IMG/VR virus record: IMGVR_UViG_3300030390_001024
Location: 1-64,000 of that record
From: a virus
Direction: 5' to 3' (one strand)
Length of the DNA stretch: 64,000 bases
Numbering within the stretch: position 1 is the first letter of the stretch; every line of letters begins with the position of its first letter. Made by a program: the position numbers and the translations under genes. The notes below the pieces were generated by a model. The model searched no databases, had not been told where the DNA came from, and saw nothing but the letters and a program-made list of their open reading frames with translations. Positions 8,811 through 18,727 of the stretch are shown in pieces.

Positions 8811-9407
8811 ATGTGGGATTTATTCCAAGTGATGTTAAAAAAAAACGTCACACCTAATCAAGTACTTCTTATGTTTGGTATCAAGAATGGTGTAACTACA
8901 CCACCAAAAGATACTAGACCAGCAGATAAAAACCATTTAGTTTCAATAGGATTTCTAGAACATAAGAATGGTGTATACCTTATGACTGCAGAAGCTAAAG
9001 GTTTCTGTGTTAGACTTGATAATTACTTTATTAAAGCAAAAAAGAAAACAGATATAGAACTTATGGGTAAGAACTTTGTAGATAAGATAAATAAATACAG
9101 AGAGATATTCCCAGCTAAGAAATTACCAAGCGGTAAACCAGCAAGAAATAATGTAAAAGCATTAGGAGAAGCATTTAGGTGGTTATTTCAGACTTATGAG
9201 TACACCTGGGATGAAGTACTTAAAGCTACTAGAATGTACGTAAATGAGTACAGAGATGCAGAATACTTATATATGCAAACAAGTCAGTACTTTATATGTA
9301 AACAGGACAAGCATAGAGTAAAGCACTCTACACTGGCTGATTACTGTGATATGATTAGAGAAGGTATTAGTACTGAAGATGATCATTTTAAAGAAAATGT
9401 AGTATGA
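8811..9407 (+). CDS. Putative replication initiator/helicase loader
   Basis: wHTH-like N-terminus; overlaps dnaB; function inferred from position. Confidence 0.45.
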   Translation: MWDLFQVMLKKNVTPNQVLLMFGIKNGVTTPPKDTRPADKNHLVSIGFLEHKNGVYLMTAEAKGFCVRLDNYFIKAKKKTDIELMGKNFVDKINKYREIFPAKKLPSGKPARNNVKALGEAFRWLFQTYEYTWDEVLKATRMYVNEYRDAEYLYMQTSQYFICKQDKHRVKHSTLADYCDMIREGISTEDDHFKENVV

Positions 9408-10357
9408 AAACAAAAGAATCTTGGGTTGGACAATATGCTGCCTTTAATGAGGCACTTAAATATATGTATGCCAGATCAACTGGTGAAGAGAAGTCAATAT
9501 ATACTCCGTGGCCTAAGTTCAATGACGCAGCTACTGATGGTATAGAATGGAATACATTGACTGTAATTGGTGGTAGACCTGGCTCAGGTAAAACACTAAT
9601 CAAAGATCAAATAATAAGAGAGTCATTTGCTTTAAATCCAAATGATAAATTTAGAGTGTTAGAGTTTCAGTTTGAGATGGTAGGTAGAACCTCAGCTATT
9701 AGAGAATTTAGTTCTATAACTGGTAAGACATATAAAGAATTATGTAGTGCTGGTTCAACATTAAATACTGACACGCTTAACCAGTGTCATCAATATGCTA
9801 AGGAAAGAGTTAAACATCCGGTGGACATCATTAGTACACCTATGACTGTTAACCAAATGCGTGAGCAGATAGATGCATACATGAATTTACATAAAGGTAC
9901 AAACACAATGATTACACTTGATCATACAATGTTAGTAAAGAGAGCACCATACCAGAACAGCACATTAGATATGTTGTTTGAATTAGGTGAGTTCTTTACA
10001 CAGTGTAAGAGAGATTATCCTTGTTTGTTTCTGGCCTTATCTCAACTTAATAGAAATATAGATAATCCAGATAGAGCTATAGATGGTAAGTATGGTAACT
10101 ATATACTTGAGTCAGATATATTTGGCTCAGATGCAATGCTACAACATGCAGATATGTTAATAGGTATTAACAGACCAGCTAAGCAGAAGATTAGGTTCTA
10201 TGGGCCTGATAGATATATAATAGAAAATGATAGGACATTAGTTTTACATTTTCTGAAAGCAAGAAATGGTGATGCAAGAATGAGTTTCTTCAGAGCAAAG
10301 TTTGAACAAATGCAAATTGAAGAGATGGATACACCTGGACAACAAGAACGTAGATGA
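9404..10357 (+). CDS. dnaB: DnaB-like replicative helicase (ATPase domain only)
   Basis: GGRPGSGKT, LSQLNR, KARNG motifs. Confidence 0.92.
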   Translation: MKTKESWVGQYAAFNEALKYMYARSTGEEKSIYTPWPKFNDAATDGIEWNTLTVIGGRPGSGKTLIKDQIIRESFALNPNDKFRVLEFQFEMVGRTSAIREFSSITGKTYKELCSAGSTLNTDTLNQCHQYAKERVKHPVDIISTPMTVNQMREQIDAYMNLHKGTNTMITLDHTMLVKRAPYQNSTLDMLFELGEFFTQCKRDYPCLFLALSQLNRNIDNPDRAIDGKYGNYILESDIFGSDAMLQHADMLIGINRPAKQKIRFYGPDRYIIENDRTLVLHFLKARNGDARMSFFRAKFEQMQIEEMDTPGQQERR

Positions 10358-10929
10358 TAAATACTAAAAATATAAACAATAAAGATATGGGACTAACACC
10401 CGCACAACGTAAAGAAAAAGTTGCAAAACTTAGAGAAGAGCATCAAGATTATTTTGATACTAGCAATCTAAAGAATGCATTATATATTCCTAAGATGGCT
10501 TATAGACCATCTGGTAAGGATGATCTACATGTTAGTTTCTTTCCTAGTGAACTAGAGAAAGAATCAGACATATATACAGAGTTTGTAAGTATTGACTATG
10601 ACTCAGAAGATCCTAAGAGAACATTATATTTATTAAAATATAATCCTCATTGGAAAGAAGAATATGAAATGATTACTAGTAACTCTGGATTTCAAAGACA
10701 TATGATACCAGCTAGTGAGCTTAAAGTTATCAGTGACGTGGTTAGTAGGACTAACAACAATTTAACTGCTATGGAAGAAGGTTTAGACCATAAAGGTGAA
10801 ATTGATTTTGCTAATCCAAGCATACCAAATCCTGATGATGTGGTTGTAAACCCATTGATAGAAAAACTAGAAGAAATTAATCAAACATTAATAACATTAA
10901 CTAAAGTAATAAATAAAATAGTAAAATAA
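10354..10929 (+). CDS. Hypothetical protein with C-terminal coiled coil
   Basis: Coupled ORF. Confidence 0.8.
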   Translation: MINTKNINNKDMGLTPAQRKEKVAKLREEHQDYFDTSNLKNALYIPKMAYRPSGKDDLHVSFFPSELEKESDIYTEFVSIDYDSEDPKRTLYLLKYNPHWKEEYEMITSNSGFQRHMIPASELKVISDVVSRTNNNLTAMEEGLDHKGEIDFANPSIPNPDDVVVNPLIEKLEEINQTLITLTKVINKIVK

Positions 10930-11613
10930 ATGGCACAAAGCGTATTAGTAATTGCAGATTCAGGTACAGGAAAGTCTACCTCAATCAGGACACTAGATCC
11001 TAAAGAGACTTTCATAATAAACATAGCAAATAAACCTTTACCTTTTAAGGGTTATAAGAGTAAGTATACTCAAATAACTAAAGACAACCCCAAAGGTAAT
11101 ATAACATCTGCAGCATCAGCAGCAGGTATTATTAAGGCTATAAAACATGTTGATGAGAAAATGTCACACATTAAAACTCTAGTAGTTGATGACTGGCAAT
11201 ATATGAGCTCCTTTGAATACTTTGATAGAGCTAATGAGAAAGGTTATGATAAGTTTACGCAAATAGCAGCTAACTTAGCAATGGTAGCTAAGATGCCTAA
11301 AGACTTAAGAGAAGACCTTACTGTTATATTTCTGACACATTCAGAAGATTCAACAGATATAAATGGAAATAGAAAAATAAAAGCTAAGACTATTGGTAAA
11401 ATGATAGATAATACTTTAACTTTGGAAGGTCTATTTTCAATTGTTCTTTTTGGAAAAGTAAATAAAAATGATGATGGTGAACTTGAATATGGTTTTGAAA
11501 CTCAGAACTCAGGAGAGAACACATGTAAATCACCTATGGGTATGTTTGAGGATAAGTTTATCCCCAATGACCTTAAGTATGTAAAGGAATGCATACAAAA
11601 ATATGAAGAGTAA
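10930..11613 (+). CDS. AAA_24/Sak4-like ATPase (putative recombinase)
   Basis: ADSGTGKS, VVDD, LTHSE, KSPMGMF. Confidence 0.85.
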   Translation: MAQSVLVIADSGTGKSTSIRTLDPKETFIINIANKPLPFKGYKSKYTQITKDNPKGNITSAASAAGIIKAIKHVDEKMSHIKTLVVDDWQYMSSFEYFDRANEKGYDKFTQIAANLAMVAKMPKDLREDLTVIFLTHSEDSTDINGNRKIKAKTIGKMIDNTLTLEGLFSIVLFGKVNKNDDGELEYGFETQNSGENTCKSPMGMFEDKFIPNDLKYVKECIQKYEE

Positions 11614-11639
11614 TAATAAATTAATTAAAAAGAAAAATT

Positions 11640-12314
11640 ATGTTAAGTACTAAAGACATGTCTGTTGGATCAGGCACAATCAAACCAGTAATTGGAACAG
11701 GTAATCACAAGTTAAAAATCAATTCAATTACTTTTGATCAAACGCCTTATGATGCAGATGCATTTAATATTATGTTACACGTAGAAGGTGAACCAGTAAC
11801 TGGAGAATTTAATGGGTTCTTAAAAGATATGAATAACCCTAATGGAGACCGTTATACTGGTCAGGTAGGTAGAGTTAGATTCTCTCCTTATCCTTATAAA
11901 GATGCTACATTAAATAATGGTAATGAAATCAAAAGAGACACAGAAGTTCTAAAAGCTATGGTGTTTTTATCTGAAGTTGTAGGTAAAAGAAATGAGCTAG
12001 ATGCTATTGAGGCTAATACAATTGAAGACTTTATGGTAAAGGCTGCAGTTGTATGTTCAGAGACTGGATACATCAACGCATGCTTAGGTGCACGTGAATG
12101 GGAAAACAAAGAAGGTTATGTAAATAATGACTTGTTCTTACCAAAGATGAACAAAGAAGGTGTACCTTTAGAAGCTTTAGAAATAGATAACTCTAGAATG
12201 TTGACGTTTGATAAAACAAACACACAGCACTTTAGACCATTACTAAAGAAAGAATCACCATCTGCTGCTAGTTTTGAACCAGCAAAAGCAAAAGGTGATG
12301 ACTTTGATCTATAG
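11640..12314 (+). CDS. Putative SSB partner of the Sak4-like ATPase
   Basis: GNHKLKINSI OB-like start; acidic-aromatic tail DDFDL; gene position. Confidence 0.6.
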   Translation: MLSTKDMSVGSGTIKPVIGTGNHKLKINSITFDQTPYDADAFNIMLHVEGEPVTGEFNGFLKDMNNPNGDRYTGQVGRVRFSPYPYKDATLNNGNEIKRDTEVLKAMVFLSEVVGKRNELDAIEANTIEDFMVKAAVVCSETGYINACLGAREWENKEGYVNNDLFLPKMNKEGVPLEALEIDNSRMLTFDKTNTQHFRPLLKKESPSAASFEPAKAKGDDFDL

Positions 12315-12323
12315 ATGATAAAT

Positions 12324-12429
12324 TATGAGGAGAGAGATGGACGAACGGCACATTGCCAACCAACATTAACAGGGTGTTTAAGAGCATCCAGTTTTTAATT
12401 AAATTTTTATATCCACCTCTCTCCTTATA
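12324..12429 (+). ncRNA. Structured RNA element, family copy 1
   Basis: GAGGAGAGAGATGGA/TCCACCTCTCTCCTT outer stem; inner GGCA-CAT-TGCC and AACATT/GGTGTT. Confidence 0.6.
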
Positions 12430-12443
12430 TTAATATAAACAAT

Positions 12444-13418
12444 ATGATAAGCACTAAGAACTTAGTATTACAACCTGCTGATGTTCCAAGTTATTGGGTG
12501 TTTCAATATTATTTATCTCTACCAGAAACCTTAACAGGACAAGATGTAAAGATTAAGTCTGTCTTTAATCCTAATGAGAAAACTCCTAGTTTTTGTATTT
12601 ATGTTGATAAATCTATAATGCAATATAAATTCAAGGATTTCTCCACCGGTAAGAGTGGTAACAAAGTTGATCTAGTTAAACACATGTTTGATATAGATTT
12701 TCCTAAAGCATCAATGAAAATAATAAATGATTACAATCAATACGTAAAGAGCACAGATTATAAAAAACAAACCTTCAAGCCCGTAGCTAAGTGGGAAGTT
12801 GACTTTATTAAAAATAGAGAATGGACAACTGATGATAGCGGGTTTTGGTTAGACTTTAATATAGGCAAGACTATGTTAGATAAGTTTAACGTTAGGCCAA
12901 TTGAGTATTACAACTTAGTTAAAGAAGAGAACTTCAAAGTCAAATCTATGAAGATAGAGGGTAAGTATATGTACGGATACTATGATAAGAATGGTAAGGC
13001 CTATAAATTATACCAACCTCATAGTAAACACAAGTTTCATAAGATTAATCCACATCTACAAGGTTATGACCAGCTTAAATATAATAAACCATATTTAGTA
13101 ATCTGCTCATCTCTTAAAGATGCAATGTGTTTAGCTAGCATTGGCTATAATATAGAAGTTATAGCTCCTGACTCAGAGAATACTATGATTAAACCACATA
13201 TAATAGAGTATCTTAAGAAGAAGTATAAAAAAGTAATAACACTTTTTGACAATGATGATGCAGGTAAAGCTGCTATCATGAAGTATGGAGATATGTATAA
13301 ATTAGATGGCCTAATATTTCCTACTGCTAAAGATATTTCTGATGGTATGAAAGAAAATGGTCTTGATTATGTGCATGCTATTATACAACCAATACTAAAA
13401 AAAGTAATAAATAAATAA
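12444..13418 (+). CDS. DNA primase (DnaG/TOPRIM, crAss type)
   Basis: EKTPSF...FKDFSTG Zn-finger-like domain; ICSSLKDAM, FDNDDAG, AKDISD. Confidence 0.9.
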   Translation: MISTKNLVLQPADVPSYWVFQYYLSLPETLTGQDVKIKSVFNPNEKTPSFCIYVDKSIMQYKFKDFSTGKSGNKVDLVKHMFDIDFPKASMKIINDYNQYVKSTDYKKQTFKPVAKWEVDFIKNREWTTDDSGFWLDFNIGKTMLDKFNVRPIEYYNLVKEENFKVKSMKIEGKYMYGYYDKNGKAYKLYQPHSKHKFHKINPHLQGYDQLKYNKPYLVICSSLKDAMCLASIGYNIEVIAPDSENTMIKPHIIEYLKKKYKKVITLFDNDDAGKAAIMKYGDMYKLDGLIFPTAKDISDGMKENGLDYVHAIIQPILKKVINK

Positions 13419-13419
13419 T

Positions 13420-13815
13420 ATGAGAAAAATAAGATGGTGGATACCAGGTAACGTACCCTCTAGTAAAAATGGAAGACGTTGGACAGGTAAATACTTTATT
13501 GCTAGCAAAGCTGTAATGAATTATAGAAAAGCTACTAAAGATATATACTTAGAATATGCTGAAGATTTTAAACAAGAATTAGAAAAGGTAAAGTTACCAG
13601 TAAAAATTTCTTTTTATTTTATTAGAGGTAGTCGTCACAAGTTTGATTATATAAATCCTGCACAAACTGTGCAAGATGATATGGTTAAATATGGATGGAT
13701 TGAAGATGATAATGCTGAGTTTATAATTCCTGGCTTTGAACAATATACATATGATAAAGAAAACCCCGGTGTATGGATAGAACTAATTTTAGATGAAGAA
13801 GACAATAACAATTGA
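13420..13815 (+). CDS. RusA-like Holliday junction resolvase
   Basis: IPGNVPSSKN...FDYINPAQTVQDDMVKYGWIEDDN. Confidence 0.75.
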   Translation: MRKIRWWIPGNVPSSKNGRRWTGKYFIASKAVMNYRKATKDIYLEYAEDFKQELEKVKLPVKISFYFIRGSRHKFDYINPAQTVQDDMVKYGWIEDDNAEFIIPGFEQYTYDKENPGVWIELILDEEDNNN

Positions 13816-14095
13816 TGAGTTCTTTAGAATTAAACAAATGCTTCAGGGTCTCCCAGAAGATCAAGCTTTAGGATGTGTAATCTATAATAATTTAGATTAT
13901 GCTGATAAAGATATACTAGATAGATTAATGTGTAAAGCATTAATGTTTGATGCTAGAGTACAATTTTGTATAGCCGTAAAGTATGGTTTTAAAATGGGTT
14001 CACTCAAGTCTTCAAGAATATATCAGTCCTTAACAGAAAATAAATCAGATGAAGTATATACTAATATATTAAGAAAAATAAAAAACTATGATTAA
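13793..14095 (+). CDS. Small helical-domain protein related to 16531 and 17570
   Basis: ITIDEFFRIKQMLQGLPEDQALG...NLDY aligns by eye with ITLDEQLLKDLKSQLNS...EDKALA...TIDY. Confidence 0.7.
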   Translation: MKKTITIDEFFRIKQMLQGLPEDQALGCVIYNNLDYADKDILDRLMCKALMFDARVQFCIAVKYGFKMGSLKSSRIYQSLTENKSDEVYTNILRKIKNYD

Positions 14096-15251
14096 TATAC
14101 AAGATCAGGTTGCTAGAACAACTAAAACTCTAATATTTGATGAGCCCTTTTATGGGCTCTTTTTGATTGGTATCAATAAGAAGTATAGTTTACATATACC
14201 TACTGCAGGTGTAAGTAAACAAGGTATTGGTATGCAATTGACTATAAACCCTGAGTTCTATTTAGAACTGAAAGAAGAGCATAGATATGGGCTTATAAAA
14301 CATGAGCTATTACATATAGCTTTCGGACACTTAATTTTAAGGGACAGGTATTCTAATCACAAGCTATTTAATATAGCTGCAGATTTAGAAATCAACCAAT
14401 ACATATTGGAAAGTAATCTTCCAGAAGGAGGATTATTATTGTCAAGTTTTCCAGAGCTTAATCTACCAAGAAAAGCGGGTACAGATAAATACTATGAGCT
14501 CTTAGACAATGCTCAAGAGGATGGTACATCTCCTACATTAGATTCATTGATGAGTCAAATGGACGGAACTACACCTCACTGTCATGCTACATGGGAAGAG
14601 TTTAATGATTTATCTGAAGCTGATAAGAAACTAGTTGAAAAACAAATTGAACATCAGTTAAAAGAATCTGCTGAACAAACTGTAAAAAGACAAGGTACTG
14701 TTCCAGGAGAGCTAGCTGATCTTATACATAGGCTTACACATATAGAGCCTGCAAAATTTGATTGGAAAGGTTATTTAAGAAGATTTGTTGGTAACTCTAG
14801 TATAGTATATACAAAGAAGTTAAGACGTAAATACAACAAACGTTATGCTGCAAATCCAGGTCTTAAGATTAAGTTTAAGAATCATATACTTGTTGGTGTA
14901 GATACTAGCGGTTCTGTTAATAATGATGAGTTAACAGAGTTCTTTAGTGAGCTGGCACATATGCATAAGACAGGTCACAAGATTACAGTAGCACAGTGTG
15001 ATACTCGGCTAGGTAGCGTGAAAGAGTTTAGTCCTAATAGAGATTGGGAAATACATGGTCGTGGTGGGACAAGCTTCCAACCAGTGATTGACCACTATAA
15101 TGAAAAGAAAGGGCAATATACAGCTCTAATATATTTAACAGATGGTGAAGCTTATCCGCCTGAAGATTGTCCAAAGAATACCTTATGGTGTTTGAGTAGT
15201 ATATCTCAGATGAATGATAACTTACCAGGAAAAGTAATAAAATTTAATTAA
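14088..15251 (+). CDS. DUF2201-type metallopeptidase fused to a VWA domain
   Basis: KHELLH (HExxH), NIAADLEINQ, MIDAS VDTSGS, GRGGTSF, YLTDGE. Confidence 0.9.
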   Translation: MINIQDQVARTTKTLIFDEPFYGLFLIGINKKYSLHIPTAGVSKQGIGMQLTINPEFYLELKEEHRYGLIKHELLHIAFGHLILRDRYSNHKLFNIAADLEINQYILESNLPEGGLLLSSFPELNLPRKAGTDKYYELLDNAQEDGTSPTLDSLMSQMDGTTPHCHATWEEFNDLSEADKKLVEKQIEHQLKESAEQTVKRQGTVPGELADLIHRLTHIEPAKFDWKGYLRRFVGNSSIVYTKKLRRKYNKRYAANPGLKIKFKNHILVGVDTSGSVNNDELTEFFSELAHMHKTGHKITVAQCDTRLGSVKEFSPNRDWEIHGRGGTSFQPVIDHYNEKKGQYTALIYLTDGEAYPPEDCPKNTLWCLSSISQMNDNLPGKVIKFN

Positions 15252-15260
15252 TAAAATAAA

Positions 15261-16529
15261 ATGGCACAAGTAAATTTAAATGTAACAGAACTAAAAGGAT
15301 TTGTAAATCACATAATAGAAAACAACAGATTTCTACAGAATGAAGGAAAGCATCCTGTATCCGTAGAAGTAGTAGGTGAATCAGGTATTGGTAAAACGTC
15401 AAGTATTGTAGAGCTAGCATCAGATAATAATCTAAAATTTGTAAAGTTAAACTTAGCTCAGATAGAAGAGCTTGGTGATCTAGTTGGCTTCCCTGTACGT
15501 CAATTCCAAATGTATAAAGAAAAGATAGTAAAATCAAATAACAATAATATAAACATGGTAACTGCAACACAAAGAGCAGCGGGTGCCAGTTTAGCTAATC
15601 TAAACTCTCAAGTTACTAAAAAAGTAGGCATGTGGGTTGATGAGCTAGCAGTACAAGAGTATCTAAAGAATGGATACAAGATGACTGGTAAGAATAGAAT
15701 GTCTTATTGTGCTCCTGAATGGATTGCTGATGCAAAGGCCGGTGGTATATTATTACTAGATGACTGGAACCGTGCAGATACAAGATTCATTCAAGCAGTT
15801 ATGGAATTGATAGACCGTCAGACTTATATCTCATGGACTCTTCCAAAAGACTGGCATATTATATTAACAGCTAACCCGGACAATGGAGACTATATGGTTA
15901 ATACTGTAGACAGTGCACAGAAGACAAGATATATTACTGCAAACTTAAAGTTTGATGTAAATGTATGGGCGAAGTGGGCAGAGGAAGCAGGTATTGACAC
16001 AAGATGTATTAACTTTCTATTGCTTCATCCTGAACTGGTAACACAAGAGACCAATGCAAGATCTATTACAACCTTCTTTAATGCTATATCTAGCTTTGAT
16101 AACTTTGAAGATAACTTAAGCATTATTCAAATGATTGGTGAAGGTAGTGTAGGTGATGCATTTGCTTCTATGTTTACAACATTTATTAATAATAAACTAG
16201 ACAAACTGGTTACTCCTAAAGATTTATTGACACATGATAATGAGTCTTATATATTAGGAGAGTTGCGTGGGTGTATTGGTAAAGATGATGACTACCGTGC
16301 AGATATTGCATCAACACTATCTACAAGACTTGCTAATTATGCAGTTGTATATTCAAAAGAAAATACAATAAATCAAAAGATTACTGAGAGACTTATAGCA
16401 TTATGTACAAGAGATTACTTTACTAATGATCTTAAGTACTTAATAGTTAGAACAATCTTTAGCGGTAACAAGCAGAAGTTTAATAAGATGATGATGAATC
16501 CAGAAATAATTAAAATGACAATAAAATAA
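15261..16529 (+). CDS. MoxR-like AAA+ ATPase
   Basis: GESGIGKT, LLLDDWNRA, TANP; adjacent to the VWA gene. Confidence 0.9.
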   Translation: MAQVNLNVTELKGFVNHIIENNRFLQNEGKHPVSVEVVGESGIGKTSSIVELASDNNLKFVKLNLAQIEELGDLVGFPVRQFQMYKEKIVKSNNNNINMVTATQRAAGASLANLNSQVTKKVGMWVDELAVQEYLKNGYKMTGKNRMSYCAPEWIADAKAGGILLLDDWNRADTRFIQAVMELIDRQTYISWTLPKDWHIILTANPDNGDYMVNTVDSAQKTRYITANLKFDVNVWAKWAEEAGIDTRCINFLLLHPELVTQETNARSITTFFNAISSFDNFEDNLSIIQMIGEGSVGDAFASMFTTFINNKLDKLVTPKDLLTHDNESYILGELRGCIGKDDDYRADIASTLSTRLANYAVVYSKENTINQKITERLIALCTRDYFTNDLKYLIVRTIFSGNKQKFNKMMMNPEIIKMTIK

Positions 16530-16530
16530 A

Positions 16531-17568
16531 ATGGCAAATAAATCAGTATATCAGGTTTATGATGCTGATGCTTTAATACACTTTGATCTAGCCGGTGACC
16601 CTAAATATGGGTTACTGGTTGGTGATAAGTTTGAAGAAGTATTATGTACTCAAGACCAAACAACATATGAAAAAGTAGAGAGTTTATTAACTACACCTAC
16701 TGAAGATGCACAAACATTTAGAAATAAAAAGAAAGCTTTTATATTACCTAAGTGTGCAGTGTCTCAAGATAGATTAAAAGCAGCTCTAAGAGAGCATAGT
16801 ATAACTGTAACTAATGATTATGAAAAAGCAGATCTAGTTATAGGACATGATAATATAAAGTGTGCTTCTAATAATGGTGAAAATGTACCATCTACAGCCA
16901 TGATGACAAAGCTATGGAACTATGAGCTTACAGCTGGTTCAAGCAGTAATACATCTTCGCTAGCAACTAGGATTAAAAACTTGAATTGTTATGCTATAAT
17001 TACAGAAAAGATAACTGAGAAAATTAACTACTATAATTTAGATACCGGAGATGCTAGTCTATATGATAGTTGGATGTTAACAGGTATGGCTATAAACATA
17101 GCACATCTAATTGAAACAACTGACTTAAGTGTAATTGATACTGAAACTGTCTTGCGTAGTTCAGCAAATATGATTACTTTAGATGAACAATTATTGAAAG
17201 ATCTTAAGTCTCAATTAAATAGTGGTTATCACTCAGAAGATAAAGCTTTAGCAGCTAAAATTATACCTACTATAGATTATAAAACTAACTATCATTTATT
17301 GTGGGAGCTTGGTAGAGAATGTTCTAATATATTCCATGACTTCAATAGAGATAAAGACTTATGGTTTTGGATTGAAGAATCTAAACTGCGTAAATTTAGC
17401 AATAAAACTGCACAGGATATGATACTGTGGTTAGAAGTAAATGAATTACTTAACAAAAAAAACTTCAAACATTTAGAACCTATAGTAAGACAAGAAATCA
17501 CTATACATAATAGAGACCTTTATACATTTAAAGTGGCAGTAAAAAAAGAATACTTAAAATATTTATAA
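16531..17568 (+). CDS. BRCT-like plus helical-domain protein, paralog A
   Basis: KKAFILPKCAVSQDRL...ITVTNDYEKADLVIG. Confidence 0.65.
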   Translation: MANKSVYQVYDADALIHFDLAGDPKYGLLVGDKFEEVLCTQDQTTYEKVESLLTTPTEDAQTFRNKKKAFILPKCAVSQDRLKAALREHSITVTNDYEKADLVIGHDNIKCASNNGENVPSTAMMTKLWNYELTAGSSSNTSSLATRIKNLNCYAIITEKITEKINYYNLDTGDASLYDSWMLTGMAINIAHLIETTDLSVIDTETVLRSSANMITLDEQLLKDLKSQLNSGYHSEDKALAAKIIPTIDYKTNYHLLWELGRECSNIFHDFNRDKDLWFWIEESKLRKFSNKTAQDMILWLEVNELLNKKNFKHLEPIVRQEITIHNRDLYTFKVAVKKEYLKYL

Positions 17569-17569
17569 A

Positions 17570-18727
17570 ATGAAAGAAAATCAAAATTATATAATAAAGT
17601 TTAGAACAGATACAAAATTCTGGTCTAGCGGACACCTACAGAAAGATGGTGTGGAGTTTGAAGAAGACGGCATATTCTTATTGGATGGTGCAAGTTGGCA
17701 AATATCACATGAAGACTTAAGCTTCTTAGGTATAACAAAGTTACCAGATGATTTTGACATCACTAATAAAAAATTATACAGATATCCTAAATTAAATTTA
17801 CCTAGACAAAAGGTAGATTTATTAAAAGAAAAGTATAATGTAAAAGTAATAAGAGATGTAGAAAAATCTGATATGCAAATTGTATCATTAAAGTTATTTA
17901 ATACTATTGCTAGTAGCAGCTGGAATAAATCATACACTAAGAAAAATTTCTATGAGATATGTAAAGAGCTAGTTAAAAGACATCTTTTATCTGATGATGC
18001 AAGAAAAAGAATTGGTGAAATATTACAAGATACACATTCAACTTCTAGATTTGATATTCGTTGTAACAAAGAAGATTGGAATGCTACAACAGCAACTAAG
18101 AGTAAAACTTTAGAAGAGGTTGTGCATGCAATGAAAAAAGAATTTGAAGGTGAATATCATAAGACATATGTAATTAAAGAGACTAAACACATTGATACAT
18201 ATAATCAACTTATGAAAGGTAAGATGATTGTTCTTGATAGAGATATAGCTAAGATATGTTCAGAGGGTCTTGCTATAATTGGTAAGGATGATTATCCGCA
18301 ATTAAAAAAGATGATAGTAAGCAATGACATAGAAAATAGAACAATTGCTTTAGAAACTTTAGCTAATTGTAATCTTGAAGCTTCCTTTGATGTGGTGGCC
18401 TTATTATTTTATTATTTCTTTGAGTGGTGTAAATCAACAAATAACTGGAATACAGTTAATGTTAAAACTTTAAGAAATAGATTTAGTGATATGTCAACCT
18501 ATGGAAATGAGAGTAATGGTAATTATCATACGCAGATAGTTAAATATTTATATGATGAAGGTTACTTAACTGAATTTGCTATAGAGACTATAAAGAAAAA
18601 GATCTTTGATAAAGTTATAACATCTGCAGGTATAAACCAAGAACGCTCAGCATTTGAAATATCTCTTGAAGATATAAAAATTAAAACACCATTTAAAGAA
18701 TCAATAATAGAAAACATATGTTTATAA
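17570..18727 (+). CDS. BRCT-like plus helical-domain protein, paralog B
   Basis: KKLYRYPKLNLPRQKV...VKVIRDVEKSDMQIVS. Confidence 0.65.
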   Translation: MKENQNYIIKFRTDTKFWSSGHLQKDGVEFEEDGIFLLDGASWQISHEDLSFLGITKLPDDFDITNKKLYRYPKLNLPRQKVDLLKEKYNVKVIRDVEKSDMQIVSLKLFNTIASSSWNKSYTKKNFYEICKELVKRHLLSDDARKRIGEILQDTHSTSRFDIRCNKEDWNATTATKSKTLEEVVHAMKKEFEGEYHKTYVIKETKHIDTYNQLMKGKMIVLDRDIAKICSEGLAIIGKDDYPQLKKMIVSNDIENRTIALETLANCNLEASFDVVALLFYYFFEWCKSTNNWNTVNVKTLRNRFSDMSTYGNESNGNYHTQIVKYLYDEGYLTEFAIETIKKKIFDKVITSAGINQERSAFEISLEDIKIKTPFKESIIENICL

